Notes under the pieces: model-generated
Database searches by the model: none
What the model was told of the DNA's origin: nothing
Seen by the model: the letters and a program-made list of their open reading frames with translations, nothing else
Shown: positions 63,845 to 64,000 of the stretch, piece by piece
Layout: each line of letters begins with the position of its first letter
Position numbering within the stretch: position 1 is the stretch's first letter
Program-made: the position numbers and the translations under genes
Assembly: GCF_022045235.1 (NCBI RefSeq)
Contig: NW_027266266.1
Coordinates: forward strand, 47,554,001-47,618,000
Direction of reading: 5' to 3'
Origin: Haliotis cracherodii
Lineage: Eukaryota
DNA length: 64,000 bases

Positions 63845-64000
63845 CTGAAATGTAAAGAAATATAATGTGTAAGAAAGCGATATTGTATTTCCAGAAAAGC
63901 ATATTCGTCACAAGGATAATAACACATATTCCAAAATGAAACATGTCATTAAATTTGCACAAAAGTAATGAAATATGATATTTCATCGCACACGCACATT

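Overview
Repeat-rich metazoan genomic DNA. The SINE and transposon repertoire suggests a mollusc, probably a gastropod; this is an inference. The ORF track misses the real genes because they are spliced. Joining exons by hand on the minus strand gives a head-to-tail array of at least 7 paralogues encoding small (~145-155 aa) secreted four-EF-hand proteins. Five are complete (genes 2-6), gene 1 shows only exons 1-2 at the left edge, and gene 7 shows only its last exon at the right edge. The complete genes share a 5-coding-exon plan: signal peptide exon, EF1 exon, an invariant 165-nt exon, an invariant 47-nt exon, and a short Cys-containing last exon. Each protein has one N-terminal and one C-terminal Cys and an unusual 21/35/20 EF-loop spacing. 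Gene 4 has two candidate alternative terminal exons and gene 6 is His-rich. Introns and spacers contain four SINE-like families with a common 3' tail, many minisatellites (which create all the very long ORFs), decayed Tc1/mariner, Academ-like, I/Nimb-type LINE and Penelope-like fragments (some with minimal hammerhead motifs), MITEs, and a miniature LTR element with tRNA-like LTRs. N gaps lie at 7078-7342, 21308-21779 and 61981-62117.
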